Positions 52,513 to 62,424 of a DNA stretch of 64,000 nucleotides are shown here, one piece after another. The DNA comes from Terriglobia bacterium. Its GTDB lineage: Bacteria > Acidobacteriota > Polarisedimenticolia > Polarisedimenticolales > JAIQFR01. The translations under genes were made by a program, and so were the position numbers. Numbering within the stretch: position 1 is the stretch's first letter; every line of letters begins with the position of its first letter. The notes under the pieces were generated by a model, which was given only the letters and a program-made list of their open reading frames with translations, ran no database searches and was not told the DNA's origin. The stretch spans positions 1,088,001 to 1,152,000 of the forward strand of contig CAVVHE010000004.1 in the NCBI GenBank assembly GCA_963748015.1. The letters run 5' to 3'.

Positions 52513-53192
52513 CACCGTTGCCCTCCGCCGGGCTCGGCCCCGCTCGCGATCGGGTACTTCGCGCTCTCCCACTCGGGGTATCCGCCCTCGTAGACCAGGA
52601 CCTTCTTGTGCCCGATTTGCATCAGCGTGCCGGCCATCTGGATGGAGACTTCGCAACCGCCGCCGCCGCAGTAGACGATGATCGGCTTCCCGCGGCTGTC
52701 GAGTTTCTCGAGCCGCTCCGGGTCCGTGATCGACTCGTCGAAGGGCAGGTTGACGGCTCCCGGCACGTGCCCGGCGGCGTAGTCGGGCGCCTCGCGCGCG
52801 TCCACGAACAGGGCGGCCCCGGCGTCGAAGAACTGCTTCGCGGCCGAGAGCCGGATCTGGATCGGCCGCCCCACGTCGGGAATCTCGGGGAGAGCGTCTC
52901 CCGACCCGGCCGAGCCCGTGGCGATGGCGAGCGGGTCGTCGCTCACCTGGACCGGCGCTGAGGGCTGGGACGGAGGCGCCGCGGGCTTGGCGCCCGCCTG
53001 CGCCTCCTCGAGGCTCTGGATCGTCCTGGCCTCCGCGATCCAGGGCAGGCCCCTCGGGGGTCTTCCCGCGCGGCCGAGCGCGTTGAATCCGAGGCCGAGC
53101 GCGAGCCCGACCGCCACGATCACCGCGATGGGGCGCAGGAGCCCGTCAGCGTCCCGCGCCGCGGCTTCCCTTCCCGTCGTGTCCACCGCCAT
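52512..53192 (-). CDS. Membrane-anchored rhodanese-domain protein
   Basis: N-terminal TM, FVDAR, GHVPGAVNLP, YCGGGGC loop, YEGGYPEW. Confidence 0.9.
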   Translation of the reverse strand: MAVDTTGREAAARDADGLLRPIAVIVAVGLALGLGFNALGRAGRPPRGLPWIAEARTIQSLEEAQAGAKPAAPPSQPSAPVQVSDDPLAIATGSAGSGDALPEIPDVGRPIQIRLSAAKQFFDAGAALFVDAREAPDYAAGHVPGAVNLPFDESITDPERLEKLDSRGKPIIVYCGGGGCEVSIQMAGTLMQIGHKKVLVYEGGYPEWESAKYPIASGAEPGGGQR

Positions 53193-54045
53193 CCCGCGAG
53201 CCCTCCGTCGACCCGGGCGGCGGCTGCTGCAGGTCGTACCAGCGGAGCGCGGCCTCGACGCGAGCCTTTTCGCGCCGCCCGGCCTCGATCTCCCGGTACC
53301 AGCCCGGGTAGTGGTGACGGAGAAGCTTACCGGAGATCCTACCGTTGAGCCACATGCGGCTCATCGGGAACACCTCGGGATTCAGGTGGACGCAGTACAT
53401 GTGCCAGATGATGATCGCGAGGAAGGCGAGAAGGGCCTCGAACCCGTGGACCAGCTTGATGATGTCGATCGCCGGCTTGGGGAACAGCGCGAAGGCCGCC
53501 TCGAAGAACCAGAGGCAGAGACCGGTGAGGATCATCACGAAATTGCCCCACACGATCGCGAGGTACTCGAACTTCTCGATCCAGTTGTACTTCCCGTACA
53601 GCGGCGCCTCGGCCCCCCGGAGCCACGGGCTCCGGTCGAAGAGCCCCTTGAGGATGCCGCGGCGGTAGAGCGCGTCGCCGAGGCCGAGCTTGTTCATCAC
53701 CGACTCGACGAGCTGCCGGGCGTCGACGATCTTCGGCATCATCTCGCGGAAGTAGAGACTCCCCTCCTCCGTGAGCATCACGTAGGCGACGTGCCACAGG
53801 CTGACGAAGATCAGCCCTCCTCCGGCGATGCGGTGGAGCAGCGAGCGCATGACGAAGGCCGACTTGCCGAGGCCGATCCACTCCCAGACCGGCCAGTTCG
53901 GGTAGATCAGCGGGAATCCCGTCACGACGAGCGTCAGGAAGGTGACGATGATCAGCAAGTGCTGGAGCCGCTGCTGAATCGTCATCCGGACGAAGATCTC
54001 GTCGTCGCCGATGAAGGGCGACGCGCCGTGGGTTGCCTGGCTCAT
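53146..54045 (-). CDS. Cytochrome b subunit (FdnI/HydC-like)
   Basis: TM histidines (RLQH, LLHR, LVHG, IWHM), YNWIEKFEYLA; ATGA overlap with the upstream cytochrome. Confidence 0.88.
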   Translation of the reverse strand: MSQATHGASPFIGDDEIFVRMTIQQRLQHLLIIVTFLTLVVTGFPLIYPNWPVWEWIGLGKSAFVMRSLLHRIAGGGLIFVSLWHVAYVMLTEEGSLYFREMMPKIVDARQLVESVMNKLGLGDALYRRGILKGLFDRSPWLRGAEAPLYGKYNWIEKFEYLAIVWGNFVMILTGLCLWFFEAAFALFPKPAIDIIKLVHGFEALLAFLAIIIWHMYCVHLNPEVFPMSRMWLNGRISGKLLRHHYPGWYREIEAGRREKARVEAALRWYDLQQPPPGSTEGSRDGGGHDGKGSRGAGR

Positions 54046-55279
54046 GCGCCGCTCCTTGCCGACAGCCGGGCCCGGGCCCACCACCAGAGGTCCACCAGGA
54101 TCAGCACGACGAACCCGCCGATGACCGACCAGATCAGCGACAGGTAGACCCGCTTCACCAGCCACGCCCAGTAGTTGTCCTCCGGGAGGTCGCGCACGTG
54201 GATCTTCCCCGTCGCGAAGTTCTGGCCTGCCTGCGGATGGCACTTGCCGCAGGTCCGGGTGACGTTGGCGGGGTTGATGCTCGACTTCGGGTCGCTCGAC
54301 GGCCGGATGTCGTGGGAGCCGTGGCAGGAGGCGCAGTTGGCGACCGTGGCGTCGCCGAACCGGCTGGCCGCGCCGTGGTACGACCCGGTAAAGGTCGAAA
54401 GGCGGGCCGCGGCGATCCCGTACTCCTTCGCGAGCTTCTCGTTCTCGTGGCAATGGGAGCAGGTCTTCGCGACGTGGGTCGGCGCCACGGGCGAGGTGGG
54501 GTCCTTCGGACCGCTGATCGAGTGCTCGCTGTGACAGCCGGTGCAAGTCGGGACGTCGGCGTTCCCCTTCGCGAGCGCCACGCCGTGCACGCTCTCCTTG
54601 AAGTGGTCGGCGATCTCCGAGTGGCACATCCCGCAGGTGCCGGCGACGTTCGCGTGGGTGATCGGGGAGTTCGCGTCCTTGTGGGACACGTTGTCGTGGG
54701 CCCCGTGGCAGGTGGTGCAGGTGGGGGCGGAGCCGTTGCCGGAAAGGAGCTGCTGGTAGTGCGTGCCGTGCTGGAAAGCCGCCGCCGATTCCCGGACCGG
54801 GAGGTTGTGCTCGGCGGCCAGCTTCGGGTCGGCGTGGCATCTGAGGCAGGTCGTCGGCTGGTTGAGCGGGGCGACCTTCGAGGCCTTGTTCCCCGCCTTG
54901 AGCACGTCGTGACCGCCGTGACAGGACCAGCAGCGCGGGGAGTGGGCCTCCGTCTGCTGGTGCGCGGAGCGCTCCACCGCCTGCGCCTCCTTGTCGTGGC
55001 AGCCGGCGCAGGCCGGCGGGGCCGTCTTGCCGTGAGGAAAGTCCTTGGCGCCCGCGAGATCCGCGTGGCAGTCGGTGCAGGAGATTCCCGCGCTCCCGTG
55101 GACCGACGCCTCGAGCGCCTTCGCGTCCACGTCGAGCTCGGGCTTCCCCAGATTCCCCCCGAGTGGCACTCGAGGCACGCGGCATCGCCCCCGCCCGCCG
55201 CGGCCCGGGCCCCGCCCGGGATCGCGGCGGCCGCCGCGAGGAGAAGGCCGATCGTCGAAGCCCGGCGCATCCTCATCAT
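54042..55279 (-). CDS. 11-heme cytochrome c with C-terminal membrane anchor; frameshift in G6 run at 55155-55160
   Basis: Signal peptide and CLECH in frame 54155..55420; ten further CxxCH and TM in frame 54042..55298. Confidence 0.85.
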
Positions 55280-55334
55280 CTTTCGGCTCCGCCCACACCC
55301 CGCCGCTGCGACGGTCCGGTGGGCCCGCTCGATT

Positions 55335-55350
55335 AGCAATTCGCGAGCCA
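55335..55350 (-). promoter_or_regulatory. Sigma-54 (-24/-12) promoter for the 11-heme cytochrome operon
   Basis: TGGCTCGCGAATTGCT, GG-N10-GC, about 55 nt before the start codon. Confidence 0.75.
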
Positions 55351-55451
55351 CGGTCGCGAGACGCCCAACCGCGGAGTTATCGCGCTTCGCGGCCGCGCGA
55401 GAAACAGATTCCTGCGCCAAAATCCGCAGCGCCTCCTAGCCGCCCGATCGG

Positions 55452-58211
55452 TCAGCGGTAGCCGAACACCTCGGCCCACACGATCAGGAAGACCAGCGCG
55501 AGACCGATCACGAGGGCGATCGCGCCGAAGATCTTGAACCCCCGCACGACGTACGGCGGGAGCGGGTCGACGAGCTGGCCCTCGAGCCGTCCCGTCCGCA
55601 CGAGCTCCTCGTACTCGCGGGGACGGTCTTCCCGCAGCTCCTCGACCGGGACGCGGCCGGTGAAGATCACCGGGTCCATCGGGAACCGGTCGGGCCGGAA
55701 GTGAGTGTTGAAGAAGTGGATCGTGAAGATGAAGCCCGTGGCCAGGAGCGCCTCGTCCGAGTGGATGATCGTCGCGACGTTGATGAACCACCCCGGGAGC
55801 AGGTAGGTGAACAGCTCGGGGAACCAGAGCGTCAGCCCGGTCGAGCCGATGATCAGGACGCCCCAGAACACCGCCAGGTAGTCGAACTTCTCCCAGTAGG
55901 TCCAGCGCCCGTACTGCGGCCTCGGCCCGAGGCCCACGAACCACTTGAAGGTCGCGGTGAAGTCCTTGAGATCTCCGACGTTCGGGATCATCGAGTCCTG
56001 GCCGAAGACGAACTTCACCCACGATTTCCCGGACGCGCGCTTCTTCCGGAACACGTCCCACAGGTGGATGCCGAAGTAGGCGAACGTGATCACGGCGCAG
56101 ACGCGGTGGATGAAGCCCGCCGCCTGGAAGCCGCCGACCGCGGCGGCGATCCACGTCGCCCAGGGCAGGTACGAGAACTTCAGGCTCATCCCGGTGACCG
56201 CGAGGCCGAGGAAGCTCGTGATGACCATCAGGTGGAGCACCCGGTACAGCTGCGGGAAGCGCCGGAACTCCTTGCCGTGGGGGGTGGTCTCGATCTTCTT
56301 CCGGTGCTTCATCAGCTGCCACGATTTCGGCAGCCAGAGCAGCGTGTGAACGCCGAAGACCGTCAGGGTGCCGACCAGGAGCGTCGTCATGAACCAGAAC
56401 GACCAGTACAGCCACGGGTACTTGTGCCGGTCGTGGTGCGTGGCGTGGGTGAGGTAGCCCGCGAAACGCCGGTGCGAGCCCGGGTGACACTTGGCGCAGG
56501 TCGCCACGATGTTCTGGCGCGAGAGGTGGGACGCGGCCTCCGTCGGCGGCAGGATGTCGTGCGAGCCGTGGCAGTCGTAGCACTTGGCCGTCGTCATCCC
56601 GCCGAGCTTCGACGCCTTGCCGTGGAAGGTGTCGAAGTACGTCTCGGTCACTTCCTTGTGGCACTTCCCGCACTGGCCGAGGATCGCGACCTTGAACCCC
56701 TGGGTGTCGTGCCGGGCGATCTCGTGCGACGAGTGGCAGTCGTAGCAGGTGGGCAGCTTCTTGTCGCTCTTCGAGACCGCGGGCGAGTGGATGCTCCTCT
56801 CGAAGGTTTCGTAGATCCCGGTGTGGCACTTCCCGCAGGTAGACGGCAGGTTCGCGGCGTTCACGCTCGATGCCGGGTCCTCGTGCGGCAGGACGTGGTG
56901 CGCGGTGTGGCAGTCCGTGCACTTCGCCGTGGTCACGAGCCCGCTGGCCAGCAACCCCCTGCCGTGGATGGACTCGACGTAGTTCTCGACGACCCGCTTC
57001 TCTTCTCCCTTGTAGCGGACCGCCGCCTTGTTCCCCTCGCGGTGGCACTTGCCGCACAGCGCGGGGACGTTGGTCGGGAAGGTCGCCGACCGGAGATCCT
57101 TGCGGGCCCTTATCCCGTGGATGCCGTGGCAGTCGCGGCAAAGCGGGGCGTTCGGGTCGCCGCGCTCCACGAGCTTGCCGTGGGTGCTCGTCGCGTAGGT
57201 CTTCGAGACGTCGGCGTGGCAGATCGAGCAGTCCACCTTGGTGCGAATCGTCGCGCAGGGCCTCCCCTTGGCCGCGGGATCGGTCCCGGTGTGGCACTGG
57301 GCGCAACGCGTGTTCCGGTGGATCGAGTCGTGAACCTCGTCCGGGCTCACGTGGAGCGAGACGGCCTTTCCCTCCCGCGTCGTCGCGAGCTTCGGATCGG
57401 CGTGGCACTTCAGGCACTGCTCGTCCGAGATCCCCTGGTCGTAGAAGATCTTTCGCACGCGGTGCGGCTGGTGGCAATCCACGCACGCGGGGACCTCGTT
57501 CGGCGCCTTCTGCCACAGCTCGCCCCGGATCACCTTCTGGTGCACCTGCTCGATGAGCGAATGGCACTGCTCGCAGGTCCTCGCCACGTTCTTCCGGTTG
57601 ATGCTGGACCGGGGGTCCGTGTGCGGCAGGAGGTTGTGGGAGGTGTGGCAGTCGATGCAGACCGCGACGACGGTCAGCCCGCGCTTCAGGAGCCCCTCGC
57701 CGTGGATGCTCTCGGAGTAGTGCTCGAGGATCTTGTCCTGCGGAATGTCGTAGGTCCGGGTGACCGGGGTCCCCTCCTTGTGGCAGCTGCCGCACAGGAA
57801 CGGGATTCTCGCCCGCGCGACCCTCGCGCCGGGGGACTTGACGGCCTCCACGTCGTGGCCCCCGTGGCAGGTGGGGCAGCGGGGAGCGAGCTTCGCTCCC
57901 TTCCTCACCTCCTGCCCGTGGAGGCTTCCGTCGTAGGTCTTCGCGATGTCCGCGTGGCAGCTTCCGCAGTCCACCGGAGCCACCTTGCCGTGAGGGAAGT
58001 CCGTCACCCCGGCCAGCGACTGATGGCAGTCGGCGCACCCGATCCCCGCCTTGCCGTGGACCGAAGCCGCGAGGGTCTCGACCTTCACGTCGAGCCGCGG
58101 CTTGTCGAGCGCGCCGCCCGTGTGACAGTCGAGACACGGGTCCTCGGCCCGCGCGGCGGAGACCGCGGCGGCCAGGACCGCGAGGAAGAGCAGAGCAACG
58201 AGCCGTCTCAT
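55452..58211 (-). CDS. 19-heme cytochrome c fused to a cytochrome b domain (CbcL-like quinol oxidoreductase)
   Basis: Signal peptide ending ARA, 19 CxxCH counted, then TM region with His ligands and WTYWEKFDY, IHSDEALLA, FPMD. Confidence 0.9.
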   Translation of the reverse strand: MRRLVALLFLAVLAAAVSAARAEDPCLDCHTGGALDKPRLDVKVETLAASVHGKAGIGCADCHQSLAGVTDFPHGKVAPVDCGSCHADIAKTYDGSLHGQEVRKGAKLAPRCPTCHGGHDVEAVKSPGARVARARIPFLCGSCHKEGTPVTRTYDIPQDKILEHYSESIHGEGLLKRGLTVVAVCIDCHTSHNLLPHTDPRSSINRKNVARTCEQCHSLIEQVHQKVIRGELWQKAPNEVPACVDCHQPHRVRKIFYDQGISDEQCLKCHADPKLATTREGKAVSLHVSPDEVHDSIHRNTRCAQCHTGTDPAAKGRPCATIRTKVDCSICHADVSKTYATSTHGKLVERGDPNAPLCRDCHGIHGIRARKDLRSATFPTNVPALCGKCHREGNKAAVRYKGEEKRVVENYVESIHGRGLLASGLVTTAKCTDCHTAHHVLPHEDPASSVNAANLPSTCGKCHTGIYETFERSIHSPAVSKSDKKLPTCYDCHSSHEIARHDTQGFKVAILGQCGKCHKEVTETYFDTFHGKASKLGGMTTAKCYDCHGSHDILPPTEAASHLSRQNIVATCAKCHPGSHRRFAGYLTHATHHDRHKYPWLYWSFWFMTTLLVGTLTVFGVHTLLWLPKSWQLMKHRKKIETTPHGKEFRRFPQLYRVLHLMVITSFLGLAVTGMSLKFSYLPWATWIAAAVGGFQAAGFIHRVCAVITFAYFGIHLWDVFRKKRASGKSWVKFVFGQDSMIPNVGDLKDFTATFKWFVGLGPRPQYGRWTYWEKFDYLAVFWGVLIIGSTGLTLWFPELFTYLLPGWFINVATIIHSDEALLATGFIFTIHFFNTHFRPDRFPMDPVIFTGRVPVEELREDRPREYEELVRTGRLEGQLVDPLPPYVVRGFKIFGAIALVIGLALVFLIVWAEVFGYR

Positions 58212-58272
58212 CCAGGTGCCTCGTTGGGGGCGCGAGCTCTCGCCCCCGGGCCGGGATTGGATGGGTCGATTT

Positions 58273-58288
58273 TGCAAGCCGCGGGCCA
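58273..58288 (-). promoter_or_regulatory. Sigma-54 promoter for the 19-heme cytochrome
   Basis: TGGCCCGCGGCTTGCA, GG-N10-GC, about 60 nt before ATG 58211. Confidence 0.78.
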
Positions 58289-58491
58289 TACTAATCCAAG
58301 CGGGGGCGAAGCCGGCCACCCGCTCTGCAGGCTCTCTTCCGGATGAAAACCGCCTCTTTGGGTGGCGGCTCGCCCGCCGGGAAACCCGCACCTGGGGGAA
58401 ATGGCGCAGGCCCGGTGTCTCGGGGACCGTGAAACGACGCGGCGGCGGACCGCTCGAGCGGCCCGCCGCCGTGAATTCCGGAAGGAACCGG

Positions 58492-60798
58492 TCAACGGAC
58501 CGGGGCTTCGACCTGCGCCTGGACGAACGCCGCCGGCTGCCCTCCCCTACGGGCCATGACCGCCGTGATCGCCGTGATGTTGACGATCTCGCTGACCGAC
58601 GAGTAGTGGTTCAGGACGTTCACCGGACGCTTCAACCCCATCAGGATCGGCCCGATGACCTCCGCCCCCGCGAGGTGCTGCACCAGCTTGTACGCCACGT
58701 TCCCGGAGGTGAGCCCGGGGAAGATCAGCACGTTCGCGTCCCCGGCGATCTTCGAGTGCGGGAAGGTCGTCTGGCAGATCTCCGGCACGAGCGCCGTGTC
58801 GGCCGCCATCTCGCCGTCGACGACGAGCCCGGGAGCGAGCTTCTTCGCGATCTCGGTCGCCCGGCGCATCTTGTCGGTGAACGGGTGCTTGACCGAGCCG
58901 AAGTTGCTGAACGAGAGCATCGCGACCCGCGGCTCGATGCCGAAGTCCTCCCTCGCGATGAGGGCGGACATCAAGGCGATCTCGGCCAGCTCCTCGGCGC
59001 TCGGGTCGATGTTCACCGTGGCGTCGGCGAAGAACAGCACCTTGTCCTTGAGCACCATGCAGTACATCCCGGCGACGCGGGACACGCCGTCCTTGAGCTG
59101 GATGATCTGGAGCGCCGGCCGGATCGTGTCGGGGTACGAGCGGTTGAGGCCGCAGACAAGGCCGTCCGCGTCCTGGCTCTGGACCATCATCACGCCGAAG
59201 TAGTGCGGGTCCTTGAGGAGCCGGCTCGCCTCGAACGGCGTCACGCCCGCGCGCTGCCGGAGCTCGAACAGCCGCTTCGCGTAGGCGTCGGCCTTGCCGG
59301 ACTTGAGATGGTCCACGATCTCGACGCCGGAGAGGTCGAGCCCCAGCTCCGCGACGTGGGCCTTGATCTGGTCGGCGTCGCCGAGGAGAACGGGCTCGGC
59401 GATCTTGTCGTCCACGATCTGCTGGCAGGCGCGGAGGACCTTCTCCTCGCCCCCCTCGGGGAACACGATGCGCTTGCTCTTGCTGCGGATTGCCTTCTGG
59501 CGGACCACCCGCATCACCTCGCGCCCCCGTCCGAGGATCCGGCGCTCGAGCACCGCCACGTACTCGTCCCAGTCGGTGATGGGGTTGCTGGCCACCCCGG
59601 TTTCGACGGCGGCCTTCGCCACCGCCGGCGTCTCCCACGTCAGGACGCGGGGGTCGAACGGCTTCGGGATGATGTACTCGGGGCCGAACGAGAACCGCTC
59701 GCCGCCGTACGCCTTGATCACGACGTCGGGTACGTCCTCCTTGGCGAGCTTCGCGAGGGCGTGGGCGGCGGCGATCTTCATCTCGTCGTTGATGGCTCGC
59801 GCCCTCACGTCCAGCGCGCCGCGGAAGATGAACGGGAAGCCGAGCACGTTGTTGACCTGGTTCGGGTAGTCGGAGCGGCCGGTCGCCATGATCAGGTCGG
59901 AGCGCACCGCTTTCGCGTCGGGATAGGTGATCTCGGGATCCGGGTTGGCCATGGCGAAGATGATCGGGTTCTTCGCCATCGAGCGGACCATGTCCTGCGT
60001 GACCATCCCCTTCACCGACACCCCGACGAACACGTCCGCGTCCTTCATCGCGTCGCCGAGGGTCTGGCAAGAGGTCTTCCTGCGGTAGGCCTCCTTGTAG
60101 GGGTTCATCTTCTCGCGCCCTTCGTGCAAGACCCCCTTGCTGTCCACCATCAGCAGGTTCTTGGGATCCACCCCCAGCGAGACGTACATGTTGGCGCAGG
60201 CGATGCCGGCGGCCCCGGCGCCGCAGAACACGACGCGGACCTTCTTGATGTCCTTCTTGACGATCTCGAGCGCGTTCAAGAGGGCGGCGCCGCTGATGAT
60301 CGCGGTCCCGTGCTGGTCGTCGTGGAAGACCGGGATCTTCATCTCCTTCTTGAGCGTCTCCTCGATGTAGAAGCACTCCGGCGCCTTGATGTCCTCCAGG
60401 TTGATGCCGCCGAAGGTCGGCTCGAGGAGCCTGACGCACTTGATGATCTCGTCCGCGTCGTGGGTGTCGAGCTCGATGTCGAACACGTCCACGTCGGCGA
60501 AGCGCTTGAACAGGACGCCCTTGCCCTCCATGACCGGCTTGCCCGCGAGCGCGCCGATGTCGCCGAGGCCGAGGACCGCCGTCCCGTTGCTGACCACCGC
60601 CACGAGGTTCCCCTTCCCGGTGTACTTGAAGGCGTCGCTCGGGTTGTCGCGGATCCTGAGACAGGGAACTGCAACTCCCGGCGTGTACGCCATGGAGAGG
60701 TCCCGCTGCGTCAGGCAGGGCTTCGAGGGGACCACCTCGATCTTCCCCGGGCGTCCCTGGCTGTGGTAGTCGAGCGCGTCGCTGTCACGGATGATCAT
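58492..60798 (-). CDS. maeB: NADP-dependent malic enzyme with PTA-like domain
   Basis: [43 protein letters not shown]-terminal PTA domain. Confidence 0.96.
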   Translation of the reverse strand: MIIRDSDALDYHSQGRPGKIEVVPSKPCLTQRDLSMAYTPGVAVPCLRIRDNPSDAFKYTGKGNLVAVVSNGTAVLGLGDIGALAGKPVMEGKGVLFKRFADVDVFDIELDTHDADEIIKCVRLLEPTFGGINLEDIKAPECFYIEETLKKEMKIPVFHDDQHGTAIISGAALLNALEIVKKDIKKVRVVFCGAGAAGIACANMYVSLGVDPKNLLMVDSKGVLHEGREKMNPYKEAYRRKTSCQTLGDAMKDADVFVGVSVKGMVTQDMVRSMAKNPIIFAMANPDPEITYPDAKAVRSDLIMATGRSDYPNQVNNVLGFPFIFRGALDVRARAINDEMKIAAAHALAKLAKEDVPDVVIKAYGGERFSFGPEYIIPKPFDPRVLTWETPAVAKAAVETGVASNPITDWDEYVAVLERRILGRGREVMRVVRQKAIRSKSKRIVFPEGGEEKVLRACQQIVDDKIAEPVLLGDADQIKAHVAELGLDLSGVEIVDHLKSGKADAYAKRLFELRQRAGVTPFEASRLLKDPHYFGVMMVQSQDADGLVCGLNRSYPDTIRPALQIIQLKDGVSRVAGMYCMVLKDKVLFFADATVNIDPSAEELAEIALMSALIAREDFGIEPRVAMLSFSNFGSVKHPFTDKMRRATEIAKKLAPGLVVDGEMAADTALVPEICQTTFPHSKIAGDANVLIFPGLTSGNVAYKLVQHLAGAEVIGPILMGLKRPVNVLNHYSSVSEIVNITAITAVMARRGGQPAAFVQAQVEAPVR

Positions 60799-60898
60799 GG
60801 ATGCCGTCCTTTCCCTGGCCCCCGCCGCTCGCGGAGACTCCGCCAGCGGCCGGTGGGCTCGTCGTCGTCCTCGATTTTCCCGCCCCGTGCCGAAGGGC

Positions 60899-61465
60899 CT
60901 ACCGCCCTCCCTTCGCGCTCCGCTTCGCCTTCTTCCCGCCCCGCGCCGCCGGAGCGCGGCGAGTCGCCCGCGCGCCCGCGCTCGCGGCCGAACGCCGCGG
61001 CGAGACGCCCCGGCCGTAGACCTTCAGGACGTCGATCGCGGTGATGATCCCGGCGACCTTTCGCCCCGAGCGGACGATCACCCGGTGGATGTGCCTTCGG
61101 GTCATCATGCGCGCCACCGCGTCCACGTCCGCGGTCTCGAGCACCGAGTGCACGACCGGGGTCATGACGTCGGCGACCCGCTGCACGTTGGAGTCCTCGA
61201 CCTGGAACCCCGCGGGCAGGTGCCGTCCCTCGACCTTGACGGTGTGATAGAAGTCGGACTCGAGGGTCAGCTCGTCGCCGCGGGTCAGCTGGTAGTAAAG
61301 GAGGTCGGTCTGCGAGATCACGCCGGCGAGATTCCCCTCGCCGTCGAGCACCGGCGCGCCCGTGATCCCCTTCTCGAGGAAGAGGCGGGCGAGATCCCGA
61401 AGATCCATGTCCTGGGGGACGCAGATCACGTCCTTGATCATGATGTCCCGGGCGGTGTGCTTCAT
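60899..61465 (-). CDS. CBS-pair domain protein with basic C-terminal tail
   Basis: [34 protein letters not shown]. Confidence 0.88.
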   Translation of the reverse strand: MKHTARDIMIKDVICVPQDMDLRDLARLFLEKGITGAPVLDGEGNLAGVISQTDLLYYQLTRGDELTLESDFYHTVKVEGRHLPAGFQVEDSNVQRVADVMTPVVHSVLETADVDAVARMMTRRHIHRVIVRSGRKVAGIITAIDVLKVYGRGVSPRRSAASAGARATRRAPAARGGKKAKRSAKGGR

Positions 61466-61512
61466 GGCGGGGCCTCCGGGCCGCTCTCGCGGCGGGCCCC
61501 ATCGTATCACTA

Positions 61513-61908
61513 TCACCGGACGATTCGGGGCCCTCCGATGACCCTCCGGGACTCCGCGGCGATGCCCTGGAGCGTGAACGGCTTCGCCACCACGCCGGCG
61601 GCTCCTTCCTGCTCCGCCTCGTCGGCATTCGGCGCGTTCGTGGAGGCCGTGACGAGCAACACCTTCACGTCCGGATAGAGGCGCCTCGCGTATCGGAGCA
61701 CCTCCATGCCGCTCACGTCGGGGAGGCGGAGGTCGAGGAGCACCAGGTCGTACTCGTAGCGGTCGAGCAGGCCCATCGCCTCGACGCCGCTCGACGCGGT
61801 GTCCACATCGTACCCCTCTCGGGCCAGCGCGATACGAAGGCTCATGCGGATGAGCGATTCGTCGTCGACGGCAAGGACCCTCGGGCGGGAATGCATGCGC
61901 TCGCTCAC
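61513..61908 (-). CDS. Single-domain response regulator
   Basis: VDDE, LLDLRLPD, TA, KPF all intact; AAGGAG RBS. Confidence 0.9.
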   Translation of the reverse strand: MSERMHSRPRVLAVDDESLIRMSLRIALAREGYDVDTASSGVEAMGLLDRYEYDLVLLDLRLPDVSGMEVLRYARRLYPDVKVLLVTASTNAPNADEAEQEGAAGVVAKPFTLQGIAAESRRVIGGPRIVR

Positions 61909-61932
61909 CTGTCGCTCCTTCCCCGCCAGAAT

Positions 61933-61948
61933 TGCAAGACTGCGGCCA
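61933..61948 (-). promoter_or_regulatory. Sigma-54 promoter for the response regulator
   Basis: TGGCCGCAGTCTTGCA, GG-N10-GC, just upstream of the RBS. Confidence 0.7.
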
Positions 61949-62424
61949 GCGCCCCGCCGCGCGGCAAATCGTTGCAGGACACCCTGTTATCGAGAAACGC
62001 CGCCCCTCTCCGGTCAAGTCGCCGGGGTGACGTGCGAGAGTTGACCTCAGCCGCTGGGCGAAATCCCGCAGGAAGGACGCAGACACCGCACAAAAAGGGC
62101 GCCGTTTCTCCGCGAGGACAGGCGTGTCCTCGCCGGTGAGCGACCGGCCCGAAAAGGAGCGCTCCCGGCGGTCCCCGGGCGGGCACGACGTTCGCATTAC
62201 TCACGCCCGATGCCTCCCGCTGCCGGCTCGACCGCGGCGCGGAAGGTGTCGGGAACGGGTACGGGCTGTGATATAAGAGAGTCGCTGCTGCTGCGTCGCC
62301 GCTCTTTGGATGGGCGTTTTCGTGCCGGGCGGAAGGCGCGTCACGCGCGAAGCGAGAGGGCGGTAGAAACATAGGAGGCCGGTGCCGCGCAGGGCGGCCG
62401 GCGGGGCGAAAAGGAGGCTCGAAC

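Noticed and set aside
55701..61044. Long plus-strand ORFs of 881 and 942 aa
   Set aside because: Antisense shadows of the 19-heme cytochrome and maeB
61960..62110. Possible c-di-GMP (GEMM) riboswitch before the c3 cytochrome
   Set aside because: GGCAAA- and GGACGCA-like words occur but I could not build the P1/P2 stems; needs an Infernal search
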